Positions 1 through 8,702 are shown, numbered from the stretch's first letter. The stretch is DNA of 32,000 nucleotides from Aeropyrum pernix K1 (GCF_000011125.1 NC_000854.2:360001-392000); one strand, 5' to 3'. Numbers and translations: made by a program. The notes: a model not told the origin generated them from the letters alone.

Positions 1-823
1 CTCTAAGGAGACGCAGCCGAGGGCCGAGGCTGAGGAGGAGCTTATCAACCTGGTAAACAAGGTCTACAAGAGGGGGGGTAAGCTTCTTATACCTGTTATG
101 GCTGTGGGGAGGGGGCAGGAGATACTTGTCGTCCTGAACGAGGCCCTCAGGTCTGGCAAGATACCCGAGATCCCCATATATGTCGATGGCATGGTGTACG
201 AGGTCACAGCTGTTTATACCAACTACCCCGAGCTTCTGGTGAAGCCGATAAGGGATAGGATACTCAAGCAGGGGGAGAACCCATTCGAGGGGCCCACCAC
301 CGTCTACGTCACCGACCACTACAAGAGGGATGAGGCCATGTACAGCGACAAGCCTGCTATAATACTCTCAACCAGCGGCATGATGAACGGCGGACCCATA
401 GTAGAGTACTTCAAGTACCTAGCCGACGATCCTAGGAACGCCCTGGCCTTCGTCAGCTACCAGGCGCCTGGCACGCTGGGCAGGAGGCTCCAGAGCGGGG
501 AGAGGGAGATAGAGCTTGAGATGGATGGCGGGATAAGGAGGATAAAGGTTAACATGGAGATAGTCTCGATAGAGGGGTTCACAGGCCACTCTACGAGGGG
601 CGAACTCCTCTCGTTCCTCAGGAGGCTCAATCCAAAGCCGAGGAACATAGTGTTGAACCACGGCGAGCCCTCGGCAATAGCGGCTCTCGCCCACACTGTG
701 AAAACTGGCTGGTCGAAGCTAGGCTTCGAATCACCCCCCATAATAGAGGCTCCGGAGAACCTGGAGGGCGTGAGGCTCTACCCGAGGAACCTGAAGATGA
801 AGCTAGCCCTACAGCACTCCTGA
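1..823 (+). CDS. aCPSF1-type beta-CASP / metallo-beta-lactamase RNase, C-terminal part (gene starts left of the window)
   Basis: Frame 2 is open from base 2 with no stop (...KLLIPVMAVGRGQEIL...), so the listed ORF 98..823 is only the tail of a longer gene. Beta-CASP-like motifs IPVMAVGRGQE, GFTGHS and LNHGEP are present. Stop TGA at 821-823. Confidence 0.85.
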   Translation, partial: SKETQPRAEAEEELINLVNKVYKRGGKLLIPVMAVGRGQEILVVLNEALRSGKIPEIPIYVDGMVYEVTAVYTNYPELLVKPIRDRILKQGENPFEGPTTVYVTDHYKRDEAMYSDKPAIILSTSGMMNGGPIVEYFKYLADDPRNALAFVSYQAPGTLGRRLQSGEREIELEMDGGIRRIKVNMEIVSIEGFTGHSTRGELLSFLRRLNPKPRNIVLNHGEPSAIAALAHTVKTGWSKLGFESPPIIEAPENLEGVRLYPRNLKMKLALQHS

Positions 824-841
824 AACCGCGGAGGCCAAGGC

Positions 842-1402
842 CTACGAGAGCCTCTTCCCAACCTCCTGCGCCAGCTCCCAGAGAGCATCCCCCAGCCTGT
901 GCACCCTCCTAACAGCCCTACCCCTAGCTTTCTCCCTATAGAGCTTCTCCAACGCGCTGCTGTCAACCTCGGCTACGCCAACCATAACAGGCGTTCTGGT
1001 CTCGTGGTATAGCGCGGCCACTACGTCGCCCCGCGTGAAGCTGCCCTCCACGCCGACGACGCCCGGGATCATAAGGTGGGCGCCCTTGGCTAGAGCTATC
1101 GCCGCGCCCTTATCTACGAGTACAACGCCCTTCAGCCAATCCACGCCGAAGGCCTTGAGACACTGGAGCGTGGGGTATATCCTGCCGTCGCTCCACTCGA
1201 AAAGGCATGGCACACCATCCACTGTTATTATCTCGTACTCGCCGGAGTCCGTCCTCGCCTTAACCAGCCGCAGATCAGCCTTCTCGCTGAAAGGAATCCG
1301 TGTATAGTAGGGTTTGAGCCTCTCCAGGAGGCTACGCCTCTCCTTCTTCGACAGCGCCCTCGCCTCCAGCCTCGCCAAACCGACCAACCTCGCCCATAGC
1401 AT
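842..1402 (-). CDS. PUA-domain RNA-binding protein (archaeal MCT-1/Tma20-like, COG2016 type)
   Basis: LSKKERRSL...PTLQCL...VLVDKGAAIALAKGAHLMIPGV...GDVVAALYHETRTPVMVGVAEV...GRAVRRVHRLGDALWE matches the pre-PUA plus PUA pattern. The maximal ORF reaches a TTG at 1459. The ATG at 1402 or nearby in-frame TTGs give a length closer to homologues, so the start is uncertain. Confidence 0.75.
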   Translation of the reverse strand: MLWARLVGLARLEARALSKKERRSLLERLKPYYTRIPFSEKADLRLVKARTDSGEYEIITVDGVPCLFEWSDGRIYPTLQCLKAFGVDWLKGVVLVDKGAAIALAKGAHLMIPGVVGVEGSFTRGDVVAALYHETRTPVMVGVAEVDSSALEKLYREKARGRAVRRVHRLGDALWELAQEVGKRLS

Positions 1403-1486
1403 GAGCCATGATTGGATAGTAGGGTCTAGGCGTGATAAAGCGGTTGGGAGAGATCCCAATAGCCTTATAGGCTTGGAATACAGCCC

Positions 1487-1495
1487 TTTTACTTA
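1487..1495 (+). promoter_or_regulatory. TATA-like box (TTTTACTTA) for the LSm-L37e pair
   Basis: The box is centred about 27 nt upstream of the GTG at 1519, consistent with a leaderless archaeal mRNA. An inverted repeat AGCCT-TAT-AGGCT at 1461-1473 sits just upstream in the divergent gap. Confidence 0.35.
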
Positions 1496-1518
1496 GGCTT
1501 AATCCAAGGTGTAGAGTC

Positions 1519-1752
1519 GTGAGCGGGCCGATAACTCTGCCCACGCTGAGGATGATGCTGGACTATGTGGACACGCCCGTGCTAGTCAAGCTTAAGAGCG
1601 GGCTCAGGATAAAGGGTGTCCTGAAGACCTATGATCAGCACCTTAACATAATACTCGGCGATGCAGAAGAGATAGGGGAGACCTCCATCAGGAGGCTAGG
1701 GCTGACTCTGGTGAGGGGGGATAGCGTAGTAGTGATAACCCCTGCCGCTTGA
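1519..1752 (+). CDS. Sm-like archaeal protein (SmAP/LSm)
   Basis: Sm1/Sm2 pattern: PVLVKLKSGLRIKGVLKTYDQHLNIILGDAEE...LVRGDSVVVI. It sits 29 nt upstream of L37e, which is the conserved archaeal LSm-L37e arrangement. Confidence 0.9.
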   Translation: MSGPITLPTLRMMLDYVDTPVLVKLKSGLRIKGVLKTYDQHLNIILGDAEEIGETSIRRLGLTLVRGDSVVVITPAA

Positions 1753-1781
1753 CGCCCTAGCTGTGGGGGTGTAGCGTAGGC

Positions 1782-1970
1782 ATGGGTAAGGGAACGCCGA
1801 GCATGGGCAAACACGGGAGGAGCAAGACCCACATAGTGTGCAGGAGGTGCGGCAGGAGGTCCTACAATGTTGCCAAGGGTTACTGCGCAGCCTGCGGCTT
1901 CGGGAGAAGCAGGAGGATGAGGAGGTATAGCTGGCAGAACAAGAAGTGGAATAGAGTACGCGTGGTATAG
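1782..1970 (+). CDS. rpl37e: 50S ribosomal protein L37e
   Basis: [40 protein letters not shown] is the L37e N-terminus plus its C4 zinc ribbon. Length is 62 aa. Confidence 0.95.
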   Translation: MGKGTPSMGKHGRSKTHIVCRRCGRRSYNVAKGYCAACGFGRSRRMRRYSWQNKKWNRVRVV

Positions 1971-2081
1971 AATTATAAGATCCTCTACACCCGCTCCCAA
2001 TGCTGGGGCCGGGGAGCCCCTCCTCTTTGGCGCTCGTTTATCCCTCCCGCGAAACGATAATTCTAGCCTGGTGGGTAGGGT

Positions 2082-3203
2082 TTGGAGGCCAGGTACGATC
2101 TCAACAGGCGTAAGCTCCTGGCGGCTGCCGAGGAGGCCGGCTTCGACTCCCTTGTGATTGCTGGAGAGGCTAACCTGGTTTATGCCCTGGGCTATGGAAA
2201 CCCCGCTGGCGTCCTCGTCCTCAGCGGCAAGTGCGGCTCCACCCTAGTGGTACCCCTGCTCGATTACGAGAGGGCTCTCAGGAGCGTCGACACTGACGTG
2301 GAGGTTAAGGCCTTCTACAGGGGGGGCGAGTCGGGTATAGAGCCTGATATACCTAAGTCTGACCTCATAAGCTCCGAGAACATGGCGGAGGCGGCGAAGA
2401 GGGTTCTAGAGGGCTGCAGCAGCCCTGCCGTCGACTTTAAGTGGCTGAGATGGGAGACGGCCACGGCACTATCAAACGCCCTAGATAACCCTGGGGACGG
2501 GTCGCAGCTCATCTCCCAGGTGAGGTCTGTGAAGGAGGAGTGGGAGATAGGCTTGATAGCGGAGGCTGCCAGGATAGCCGAGGCCGCCCTCAGGAGGGGG
2601 ATTGAGGAGCTTAGGGAGGGTGTCTCGGAGAGGGAGGTCGCGGGGGCCGTTGTAGATGTTATTATGAAGAGCGGAGGCTGGGGCCCCTCCTTCCCAGTGA
2701 TAGTAGCCTTCGGCGGCAACACGGCGCTGCCGCACCATCACACAGGCGACGCCAGGCTGCCCCACGCCTCGCCAGTACTCTTCGACCTGGGCAGCGTCTA
2801 CAAGGGGTACATGAGCGACATGACCAGGAGCCTCTGGCGCGGCCCTGGAGGAGCGGAGTATAGGAGGCTTGAAGAGCTAGTGGCGGAGGCCCAGGCAGAG
2901 GCTATAGACTCTGTGGCACCGGGTGTGGAGGCGTGGGAGGTAGACAAGGCTGCCAGGCTCAGGCTATCAAAGGAGGGGTTCTCCAAATACTTCATACACG
3001 GCACGGGCCACGGAGTCGGGGTGGAGATACATGAGAACCCCTACCTGCGGCCGGGGAGCAGCGAGGAGCTGAAGCCCGGTATGGTAGTCACGATAGAGCC
3101 GGGGGTCTACCTGCCCGGGATGTATGGCGTCAGGATAGAGGATATGGTGCTAGTCACAAAGCGGGGCCGAAAGCTCCTCACAAGCTTCGCCAGAATACTC
3201 TAG
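2082..3203 (+). CDS. M24-family Xaa-Pro peptidase (prolidase/aminopeptidase P-like)
   Basis: Pita-bread metal-ligand motifs are present: FDLGSVYKGYMSDMTRS, HGTGHGVGVEIHENP, VTIEPGVY and IEDMVLV. TTG start. Confidence 0.88.
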   Translation: MEARYDLNRRKLLAAAEEAGFDSLVIAGEANLVYALGYGNPAGVLVLSGKCGSTLVVPLLDYERALRSVDTDVEVKAFYRGGESGIEPDIPKSDLISSENMAEAAKRVLEGCSSPAVDFKWLRWETATALSNALDNPGDGSQLISQVRSVKEEWEIGLIAEAARIAEAALRRGIEELREGVSEREVAGAVVDVIMKSGGWGPSFPVIVAFGGNTALPHHHTGDARLPHASPVLFDLGSVYKGYMSDMTRSLWRGPGGAEYRRLEELVAEAQAEAIDSVAPGVEAWEVDKAARLRLSKEGFSKYFIHGTGHGVGVEIHENPYLRPGSSEELKPGMVVTIEPGVYLPGMYGVRIEDMVLVTKRGRKLLTSFARIL

Positions 3204-3297
3204 GGGAGAGCCTGGAAGGCCAGCAGCTACCAGCAGCAGCTAAAAATAGTGGAATCGGGGGAAAGTTTAGGGGAAAGTCTTCTGCAGCCTCCCTCCT

Positions 3298-4431
3298 CTA
3301 CTCTGCTAGCTTCTTCAGCACCTCAGGCGGCTCTATAAATATGTCTAGCGGGAGGAACGCCGTGACGGTGAAGTTGGGGACGTCAACCAGCTGGCTGAGC
3401 CTGAGATCGGCCGCCACGCTCGCCAGCAGGTACGCCTGCTCCCTCGTGTACCCCGCCTTCTCCAGCAGGTTAATCAGGTTCAGCAGGGCGTGTTTTGCCG
3501 AGAGGGTTGCATTCTCCGACTCGTTTAGACTATCTATTACACCCACGCCCGTCACTGCCACGTGCTTAGAGTGGGTGAATCTCCGGACGGAGGATTCTGA
3601 GGGCTTGAATATGGGGAATCTTATGCCGTACTTCTTAGCCCCCTCGCTTATGACCCCGAACCTTAGGGTAGCCGTGGCCCCCATCTCTATGGCTGTGCCG
3701 CACACCTCGCCGTCGCCCTGGGCATAGTGGGCGTCGCCCACCGAGAATAGCGCCCCCTCGACGAACACGGGGAAGTAGATTTTGGAGCCTGGGGAGAAGT
3801 GCCTCACATCGAGGTTTCCTCCGTTCTCCCTGGGGGGTATGGTTCTGAGGCCCTCGGAAGCCACCGGCTCTCTCGGGGGTACAGCGCCCTCGGGTGTAGG
3901 TGGTAGGACGAAGCCGCCGCGCTTGAGGAGGCGGTCCTCCCTCTCCTTAATCTCCTTTAGAAGCTCTTTCGATGGGGCGACGCCCATGACGCCCAGGAAT
4001 GGGTCCCCCGGTATCCTCACGTTGGGGAGGTCCTCGGAGAAGGCGTAGCCACCCTCTATTCTCCACCTTATCTTATATGGCTTGTCGAACAGGTCTCTCA
4101 GGAAGCCGAAGCCCGGTATTGCCACAGTGAATCCGAATGGCTCGGCCTTTATGTCGAGGACCTCGACGACCAGGAGGTCGCCAGGCTTAGCACCCCTCAC
4201 ATAGACCGGCCCGGTGAGGGGGTGGACTACATTGAGATCTGCACTGGCTACGTCGTCCACTCCCGGGTTGGCCGTTATCTGCCCGTCCAGGGCATCCCTG
4301 GTTTCGATAACAACTATATCTCCCGGGTCCACCTCGGCCGCAGGCTCTATGTCCGGGTGCCACCTGTTATGGCACCTGTCGGCCTCGTCCACGCATCTCT
4401 TGCCCCTATTTATAGTTATCCTTGTTACCAC
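3298..4431 (-). CDS. FmdA/AmdA-family formamidase/acetamidase
   Basis: RCHNRWHPDIEP, VVIETRDALDGQ, NLDVRHF...GDAHYAQGDGEVCGTAIE are typical of the acetamidase/formamidase family. GTG start with a GGAGGG Shine-Dalgarno-like box at 4438-4443, 6 nt upstream. The gene is only 55 nt downstream of the binding-protein gene, so they are probably co-transcribed. Confidence 0.85.
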   Translation of the reverse strand: MVTRITINRGKRCVDEADRCHNRWHPDIEPAAEVDPGDIVVIETRDALDGQITANPGVDDVASADLNVVHPLTGPVYVRGAKPGDLLVVEVLDIKAEPFGFTVAIPGFGFLRDLFDKPYKIRWRIEGGYAFSEDLPNVRIPGDPFLGVMGVAPSKELLKEIKEREDRLLKRGGFVLPPTPEGAVPPREPVASEGLRTIPPRENGGNLDVRHFSPGSKIYFPVFVEGALFSVGDAHYAQGDGEVCGTAIEMGATATLRFGVISEGAKKYGIRFPIFKPSESSVRRFTHSKHVAVTGVGVIDSLNESENATLSAKHALLNLINLLEKAGYTREQAYLLASVAADLRLSQLVDVPNFTVTAFLPLDIFIEPPEVLKKLAE

Positions 4432-4486
4432 CGTTGTCCCTCCAGTTTACTGAAATCTAGGCTTTCGACAGTTATGCGAGCCCGCT

Positions 4487-5446
4487 TCAACCGTATATGC
4501 CCTCCTCGATCTGGACCGCTATATAGCTCAGCTTGTCTATGATACTCCCCTCTGTGTATGGCGCTTTCACGAGGATAACGCTGGCACCCAGCCTCTCAGC
4601 CTCCCTAAGCAGCCATTCTCCCGCTTTCGACACAGGCACGCCACTATCGTCGACAGTTATGAAAGCCACAGAGCCGCTGGCCAAAAGCCGCTCAGCCTTC
4701 TCAAGCTCCTGCACGGTGGGAGCCCACTCCTCACCCCCGCCGATTATGAGAACAACCTCAGCGCCAAGCCAGTGTGCGGGATACTGGGCTGCGGGGTGGT
4801 CGGCGACGGCCTCCGAGCCTTTTAGCAGGCCCTGAAGCCTTTCTAGATCTTCAAGCTTCTTCAGCGCTACTCTCAGGTTCCCGATATAGTCGCACTCAGG
4901 CCTCTTCTCCTGCATAGCCTCGGCCAGCCTGCTGAGGAACAGCCTGTAGTTCTCTGGGTGGTATATGGGGTAGTGTAGGTTGGGGCTGCCGTCAGGCGTC
5001 TCCAATATTTCTATACCCGGTATCCTCGTGACATCTACCACTGTGCCCGAGGCTAGCTCAGCCGCCTTCAGATCGGCGGGGGTATGGCCTCCTGTCACCA
5101 CAATGTCAGCTTCAGCCACCATCCTGGCTGCCCTAGGGTCTAGCTGAGCCTCGTGCGGGTCCACGCCGGGATTATAGATCTCGATAACCCTGTCGCCGCT
5201 GCAGGCTATGAGCTCCACATCGCTCTTAAGCCCGGGGAAGGTGACAACGACAAGCAGGCCAGCACTACCACCCTCTTCCCAGCCCAGCTGGAGAAACGCT
5301 ATGCCGGCAGCTACCGCAATCAGAACTACCGCAGTAACAGCTATGTACACCACTCTCCTAGCCACGCCACTCCCAACTTTATTCGACACTAAAACCACCC
5401 AGGGAGTCCCAGGGGGTCTCGCTGGCTCTCGCGCCTCCTGCAACAC
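4487..5446 (-). CDS. Metal ABC transporter substrate-binding protein (TroA/ZnuA cluster A-I type), N-terminal membrane anchor
   Basis: An N-terminal hydrophobic segment (VVYIAVTAVVLIAVAAGIAF) is followed by VVVTFPGLKSDVELI...GVDPHEAQLDP...ADIVVTGG, as in ZnuA/TroA proteins. The GTG at 5446 lies about 24 nt from the centre of the TATA box at 5467-5473, consistent with a leaderless mRNA. Confidence 0.8.
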   Translation of the reverse strand: MLQEAREPARPPGTPWVVLVSNKVGSGVARRVVYIAVTAVVLIAVAAGIAFLQLGWEEGGSAGLLVVVTFPGLKSDVELIACSGDRVIEIYNPGVDPHEAQLDPRAARMVAEADIVVTGGHTPADLKAAELASGTVVDVTRIPGIEILETPDGSPNLHYPIYHPENYRLFLSRLAEAMQEKRPECDYIGNLRVALKKLEDLERLQGLLKGSEAVADHPAAQYPAHWLGAEVVLIIGGGEEWAPTVQELEKAERLLASGSVAFITVDDSGVPVSKAGEWLLREAERLGASVILVKAPYTEGSIIDKLSYIAVQIEEGIYG

Positions 5447-5455
5447 CTAGGGAGG

Positions 5456-5497
5456 TGTGCACAGTATTTATAAGTTCTCCACGTGTAATGTGCACAG
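5456..5497. promoter_or_regulatory. Divergent promoter: palindromic TATA (TTTATAA, 5467-5473) bracketed by two identical TGTGCACAG elements; candidate operator
   Basis: TGTGCACAG occurs at 5456-5464 and again at 5489-5497, 33 bp centre to centre. Its TGTGCACA core is a perfect 8-bp palindrome. TTTATAA and a CACGTG palindrome (5480-5485) lie between the two copies. Confidence 0.5.
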
Positions 5498-5507
5498 GGA
5501 GAGCCCG

Positions 5508-6251
5508 TTGAGGGTCAGGGTTGAGGACCTCACAGTAGCCTACAATGGCGAGCCGGTGCTCTCGGGAGTTAACCTCGAATTCAGGGGGCCTGGGCTAGTC
5601 CAGATAATAGGGCCCAACGGGGCCGGGAAGACCACTTTCCTAAAAGCTATCCTAGGCCTCATAAAGCCGGCTAGAGGTAGGGTGTTTCTTGACGGCTTTG
5701 AAGCTACCGGGAGGCCTGAAATGGTGGGCCGGTACGCCGGGTACGTCCCCCAGAACCCCTCCGCCCCCAAGCTCTCGCCCATGACTGTGAGGGAGTTTGT
5801 CGAGACTAGCCTCAGGCTCCGCGGTGTAACGAGGGCTAGGGAGAGGGCTGTCGAGGTCCTCCACACACTGGGGATACGTGGTGAGGTCCTCGAATCCAGG
5901 CTATGGGAGCTGAGTATGGGCATGCTGCAGAGGGTGTTCATAGCTAGGGCCATAGCCCCCGATCCTAAGATGCTAGTCATGGATGAACCCCTGGCCAGTG
6001 TTGACCCTGCGGGGAGGATGGAGATCGCGAGAATCATAGCAGGCCTAGCCAGGGAGAGGCTGGTTTTGATGACTAGCCATGACCCGAGCCTCCTTCTGGG
6101 CCATACCGACATCATAGTGGTTATAAATAGAGATCTCATAGCCTCGGGGCCGCCTGAGGAGGTGTATAGGGAGGATGTGCTCAGGAGAGTGTACGGCGAA
6201 AGCGTTGCCCGCGGCCTCGTTCTAGCCGGTGAGGGGGGTGCGCACGGGTGA
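5508..6251 (+). CDS. Metal ABC transporter ATP-binding protein (ZnuC/TroB-like)
   Basis: Walker A GPNGAGKTT, signature-like LSMGMLQRV, Walker B LVMDEP and H-loop TSHD. The maximal ORF starts at GTG 5457, but that codon and GTG 5490 lie inside or upstream of the promoter elements. TTG 5508 (MRVRVEDLTVAY...) fits both the TATA position and the family N-terminus. Confidence 0.88.
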   Translation: MRVRVEDLTVAYNGEPVLSGVNLEFRGPGLVQIIGPNGAGKTTFLKAILGLIKPARGRVFLDGFEATGRPEMVGRYAGYVPQNPSAPKLSPMTVREFVETSLRLRGVTRARERAVEVLHTLGIRGEVLESRLWELSMGMLQRVFIARAIAPDPKMLVMDEPLASVDPAGRMEIARIIAGLARERLVLMTSHDPSLLLGHTDIIVVINRDLIASGPPEEVYREDVLRRVYGESVARGLVLAGEGGAHG

Positions 6252-7111
6252 CGCCTAAGCCCGAGCACATAGCTGGGGCGGCGGCCATACTTCTGCTAGT
6301 GTTGGGGCTCGCCCTCTACCCTTCGGAGTGGGTTTTCGCAGTGGCGGGGGCAGGCCTAGCCTACGGGTCCCTGAGCCCCACGCTCTACTCGCGCCGCCTC
6401 CTTTTCCTGGCTGGCGCCGCCCCCCATTCTGCCCTTGCAGCCGCTAGCCTAGGAGCCGTCGCAGCCGCGCTGACCGGCGTGGGCGGCGCCTGGATAAGCC
6501 TTGCCCTAGGCCTGACGCTAATCTACGCGGCCGGCTACTCCATCTACAGGGGCGTCGACCCCGACACGGCGGCAGCCCTCCTAGCGGGGTTCACAGCCAG
6601 CCTCGGCATAGCCGGCCTCTACCTCGCAGGAAGGACGGGGGCTAGCATATCAACGCTAGTCATAGGCGACCCGCTGCTGGCCTCGAGAACGGAGGCCCTG
6701 GCTGTGCTCGCTCTAGGCGTCCTGTTCCTCGCCACCCTCCTTCTCCTCGGGGATAGGATAGCCTACATAGGGGTTGATAGGGAGGACGCAATGCTCTCCG
6801 GGACCCGGGTCTGGGCTTACGACCTCCTCCTCTACACCATGATAGCCCTCTCGACCGTGGGCCTCATAACCGTGGTGGGATTCATACTGGAGCACGTCCT
6901 CCTACTAATACCCGGAGCGCTGATACTACCCCTCACCAGGGGGTCCCGCACCGCAGCCCTGGCAGGAGGTCTCGCGGGCTCGGCCGCCGGCGTGGGCGGC
7001 CTGATACTAGGGGGTCTCACGGGGATACCACCGGCCGCGGCCTCAGGGCTAATACTCATGCTGACATACCTGGTCGTCCTACTACACAGCGGGGTGTGGA
7101 GGAGTGGCTAA
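6248..7111 (+). CDS. Metal ABC transporter permease (ABC-3 family, ZnuB/TroC-like)
   Basis: Very hydrophobic protein with multiple predicted membrane-spanning segments. A 4-nt overlap with the ATPase gene (6248-6251) indicates translational coupling. Confidence 0.82.
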   Translation: MTPKPEHIAGAAAILLLVLGLALYPSEWVFAVAGAGLAYGSLSPTLYSRRLLFLAGAAPHSALAAASLGAVAAALTGVGGAWISLALGLTLIYAAGYSIYRGVDPDTAAALLAGFTASLGIAGLYLAGRTGASISTLVIGDPLLASRTEALAVLALGVLFLATLLLLGDRIAYIGVDREDAMLSGTRVWAYDLLLYTMIALSTVGLITVVGFILEHVLLLIPGALILPLTRGSRTAALAGGLAGSAAGVGGLILGGLTGIPPAAASGLILMLTYLVVLLHSGVWRSG

Positions 7112-7490
7112 GCGGAGGTTCGGCGTAAGCATACCGGAAGACCTGGCGCAGAGGCTAGACGAGGCTAGCCGGAGGCTGGGCGTGGAGAGGAGCAGGCTGG
7201 TTGAGAAGGCGGTTGAGGCCCTCCTGGAAGACTACCGCCACCTCCTAACCCGGCACAGCTGCAGCGGCATCATAATAGTCTCCTGCCCTCCAAGGGGCGA
7301 GGCAGAGATCGCCACGGCTGTGGAAAAATTCAGGGACATAGTCGCTGCGAGGCTTCACAGCCACACAACCGGCAGATGCATAGAAGCTATAATAGTTGAG
7401 GGCGACAGCATGAGAATAGCCATGCTGCATAGGCAGCTGGAAAGCGTGGGATGCGGTGCAAGATACATATCCATGCCTCTACATCCGTGA
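7104..7490 (+). CDS. NikR-family ribbon-helix-helix metalloregulator
   Basis: The N-terminal RHH (RRFGVSIPEDLAQRLDEASRRLGVERSRLVEKAVEALL) is followed by an ACT-like C-terminal domain. Its LHSHTTGRCIEAIIVEGD segment parallels the E. coli NikR metal site LHVHINHDDCLEIAVLKGD. The GTG start overlaps the permease stop by 8 nt. Confidence 0.72.
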   Translation: MAKRRFGVSIPEDLAQRLDEASRRLGVERSRLVEKAVEALLEDYRHLLTRHSCSGIIIVSCPPRGEAEIATAVEKFRDIVAARLHSHTTGRCIEAIIVEGDSMRIAMLHRQLESVGCGARYISMPLHP

Positions 7491-7616
7491 CTGGAGATTG
7501 CCCACCCCCGGTAGCATTAGAAAGAGGATAGCAACCGGCATTAGCTGGCGGGTAGCGTGGAGGTATTTAGACAGTCGTGCCTGCTTGTGCAGCTTTCACC
7601 CGCCTTGACGGAGTAT

Positions 7617-8702
7617 CTAGGGGCTGGAACCCCTGCCACCCCTCCTGGCTATGTATAGAATCAGGATAAGCAGAGATGCAATCGCAAGGGCTGCTGCCGC
7701 AGGGGCCAGCATGTCTGTAGTACCTTGGCCCCCCGCGCTTGCTTCCAGTCTTGCGACGTAATTCATAGTAGCCTTGTAGGCGTAGTATGGGTCTGGGTTG
7801 ACTGCGGTGGCGTCTCTGTGAGGCTCTATCATAGACCTCTCATGGTACTCGTTCCAGCTGTAGACGGCGACCAGCCGGACTCTATCCATGTTCCTGAGCA
7901 CCCACTCCCACTGGATTGCATACGCGTTGAGCGCGTAGTCTGGGTCTATCAGCCTTTGTCCACAGCCCGTCCTCACACCGGCCTCGCAGAATACGCGGTC
8001 GTCGAACCGGGGTGTTATGGCCACGTAGCCGTCGCCCCTCACTCTAAGCACAGCATCCTTCTCAGCCACCCAGGGGGCCAGGTAGTCGGGCCATAGATCC
8101 CAGTGCTGGTAGCCAGCCCTGTCTATGTCGTTGCCCACTATACGTATCGTGAAGCGGGGGTCGAGGGGCCTGTAGCTCATCCCTATAGGGTTGAAAGCCA
8201 GGACGAGCGGCCTGCCCTCCCAGCTTAGATAGCTCTCACTATATTTCTCCACGAAGTTCTCGTATACATAGTCCAGAGTCTCCTCCCACCAGCCTCGACC
8301 GTAGAGCCCGGCGTCGCCTCCCAGGTACGGCTCGACTAGGATGGCCGCCTTCAAACCATGCTCCCCGAGCCTCTGGAACACCAGCCTACTGGCCTCGTCT
8401 TCGAAGCTACCAGGCCCCCACCAGCTGACGAAGAGGCAGTCCACCCCTGCATCACTGATGAGGCCGAGCTGCCAATCCACAACCACGGGATCCCTGCTGT
8501 CATAATAGCCTAGCAACGGCTCGTCGACCACCGGAGTCAGGGGCGAGTCCCCCCAGTGCCTTCCATCGCTGGAATACCATGGGTAGAAGTAAACACACAC
8601 CAGCGGAGCCTCACCACCAGTAAGTCCGGCGAGCATGCCTGTCGCCATGGCTGTCATGAGGAGGAGAATAATCGGCAGCAATCCAGCCGCCCCTCCCGCC
8701 AC
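7617..8702 (-). CDS. Membrane-anchored GH99-like (endo-alpha-mannosidase-like fold) protein
   Basis: YFYPWY...GYYDSRDPVVVDWQLGLISDAGVDCLFVSWWGPG, ILVEPY and YSWNEYHERSMIEP parallel the GH99 blocks (YYP..G.YSS.DP, vSWWG, hhEPY, FNEWHEG..IEP). There is an N-terminal hydrophobic segment and a C-terminal TM plus basic tail (LAIASLLILILYIARRGGRG). The maximal ORF extends to TTG 8744, but GTG 8702 fits the TATA box at 8727-8737. Confidence 0.6.
   Translation of the reverse strand: MAGGAAGLLPIILLLMTAMATGMLAGLTGGEAPLVCVYFYPWYSSDGRHWGDSPLTPVVDEPLLGYYDSRDPVVVDWQLGLISDAGVDCLFVSWWGPGSFEDEASRLVFQRLGEHGLKAAILVEPYLGGDAGLYGRGWWEETLDYVYENFVEKYSESYLSWEGRPLVLAFNPIGMSYRPLDPRFTIRIVGNDIDRAGYQHWDLWPDYLAPWVAEKDAVLRVRGDGYVAITPRFDDRVFCEAGVRTGCGQRLIDPDYALNAYAIQWEWVLRNMDRVRLVAVYSWNEYHERSMIEPHRDATAVNPDPYYAYKATMNYVARLEASAGGQGTTDMLAPAAAALAIASLLILILYIARRGGRGSSP

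Noticed and set aside
2005-2020. Hairpins as intrinsic terminators: GGGGC-CGGGGA-GCCCC after rpl37e (2005-2020), and AGAATCC-N11-GGATTCT in the convergent gap at 20941-20965.
   Set aside because: Archaeal termination depends mainly on oligo-T tracts, and neither hairpin is followed by a convincing T run. The stems are too short to call.
5457-5507. N-terminal extensions implied by the maximal ORFs (5457 for the ABC ATPase, 14615 for upp, 24905 for chorismate mutase, 8744 for the GH99-like gene, 18497 for the Mtq2-like gene).
   Set aside because: The extensions would leave no room for promoters, run through the TATA and operator elements, or overlap upstream genes by about 50 nt. In-frame downstream starts give N-termini that match the families better.
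5540-6268. Long ORFs antisense to, or out of frame with, the called genes. Examples: 5540..6268 -, 9723..10235 -, 15746..16327 -, 16979..17470 -, 17687..18142 -, 24956..25537 +, 25009..25656 +, 26607..27191 +, 27467..28261 +, 30545..31126 +.
   Set aside because: These are typical shadow ORFs of high-G+C DNA. Their translations are dominated by P, R, S, A and G with no recognisable motifs. Each lies fully inside a gene with strong family signatures on the other strand or frame.
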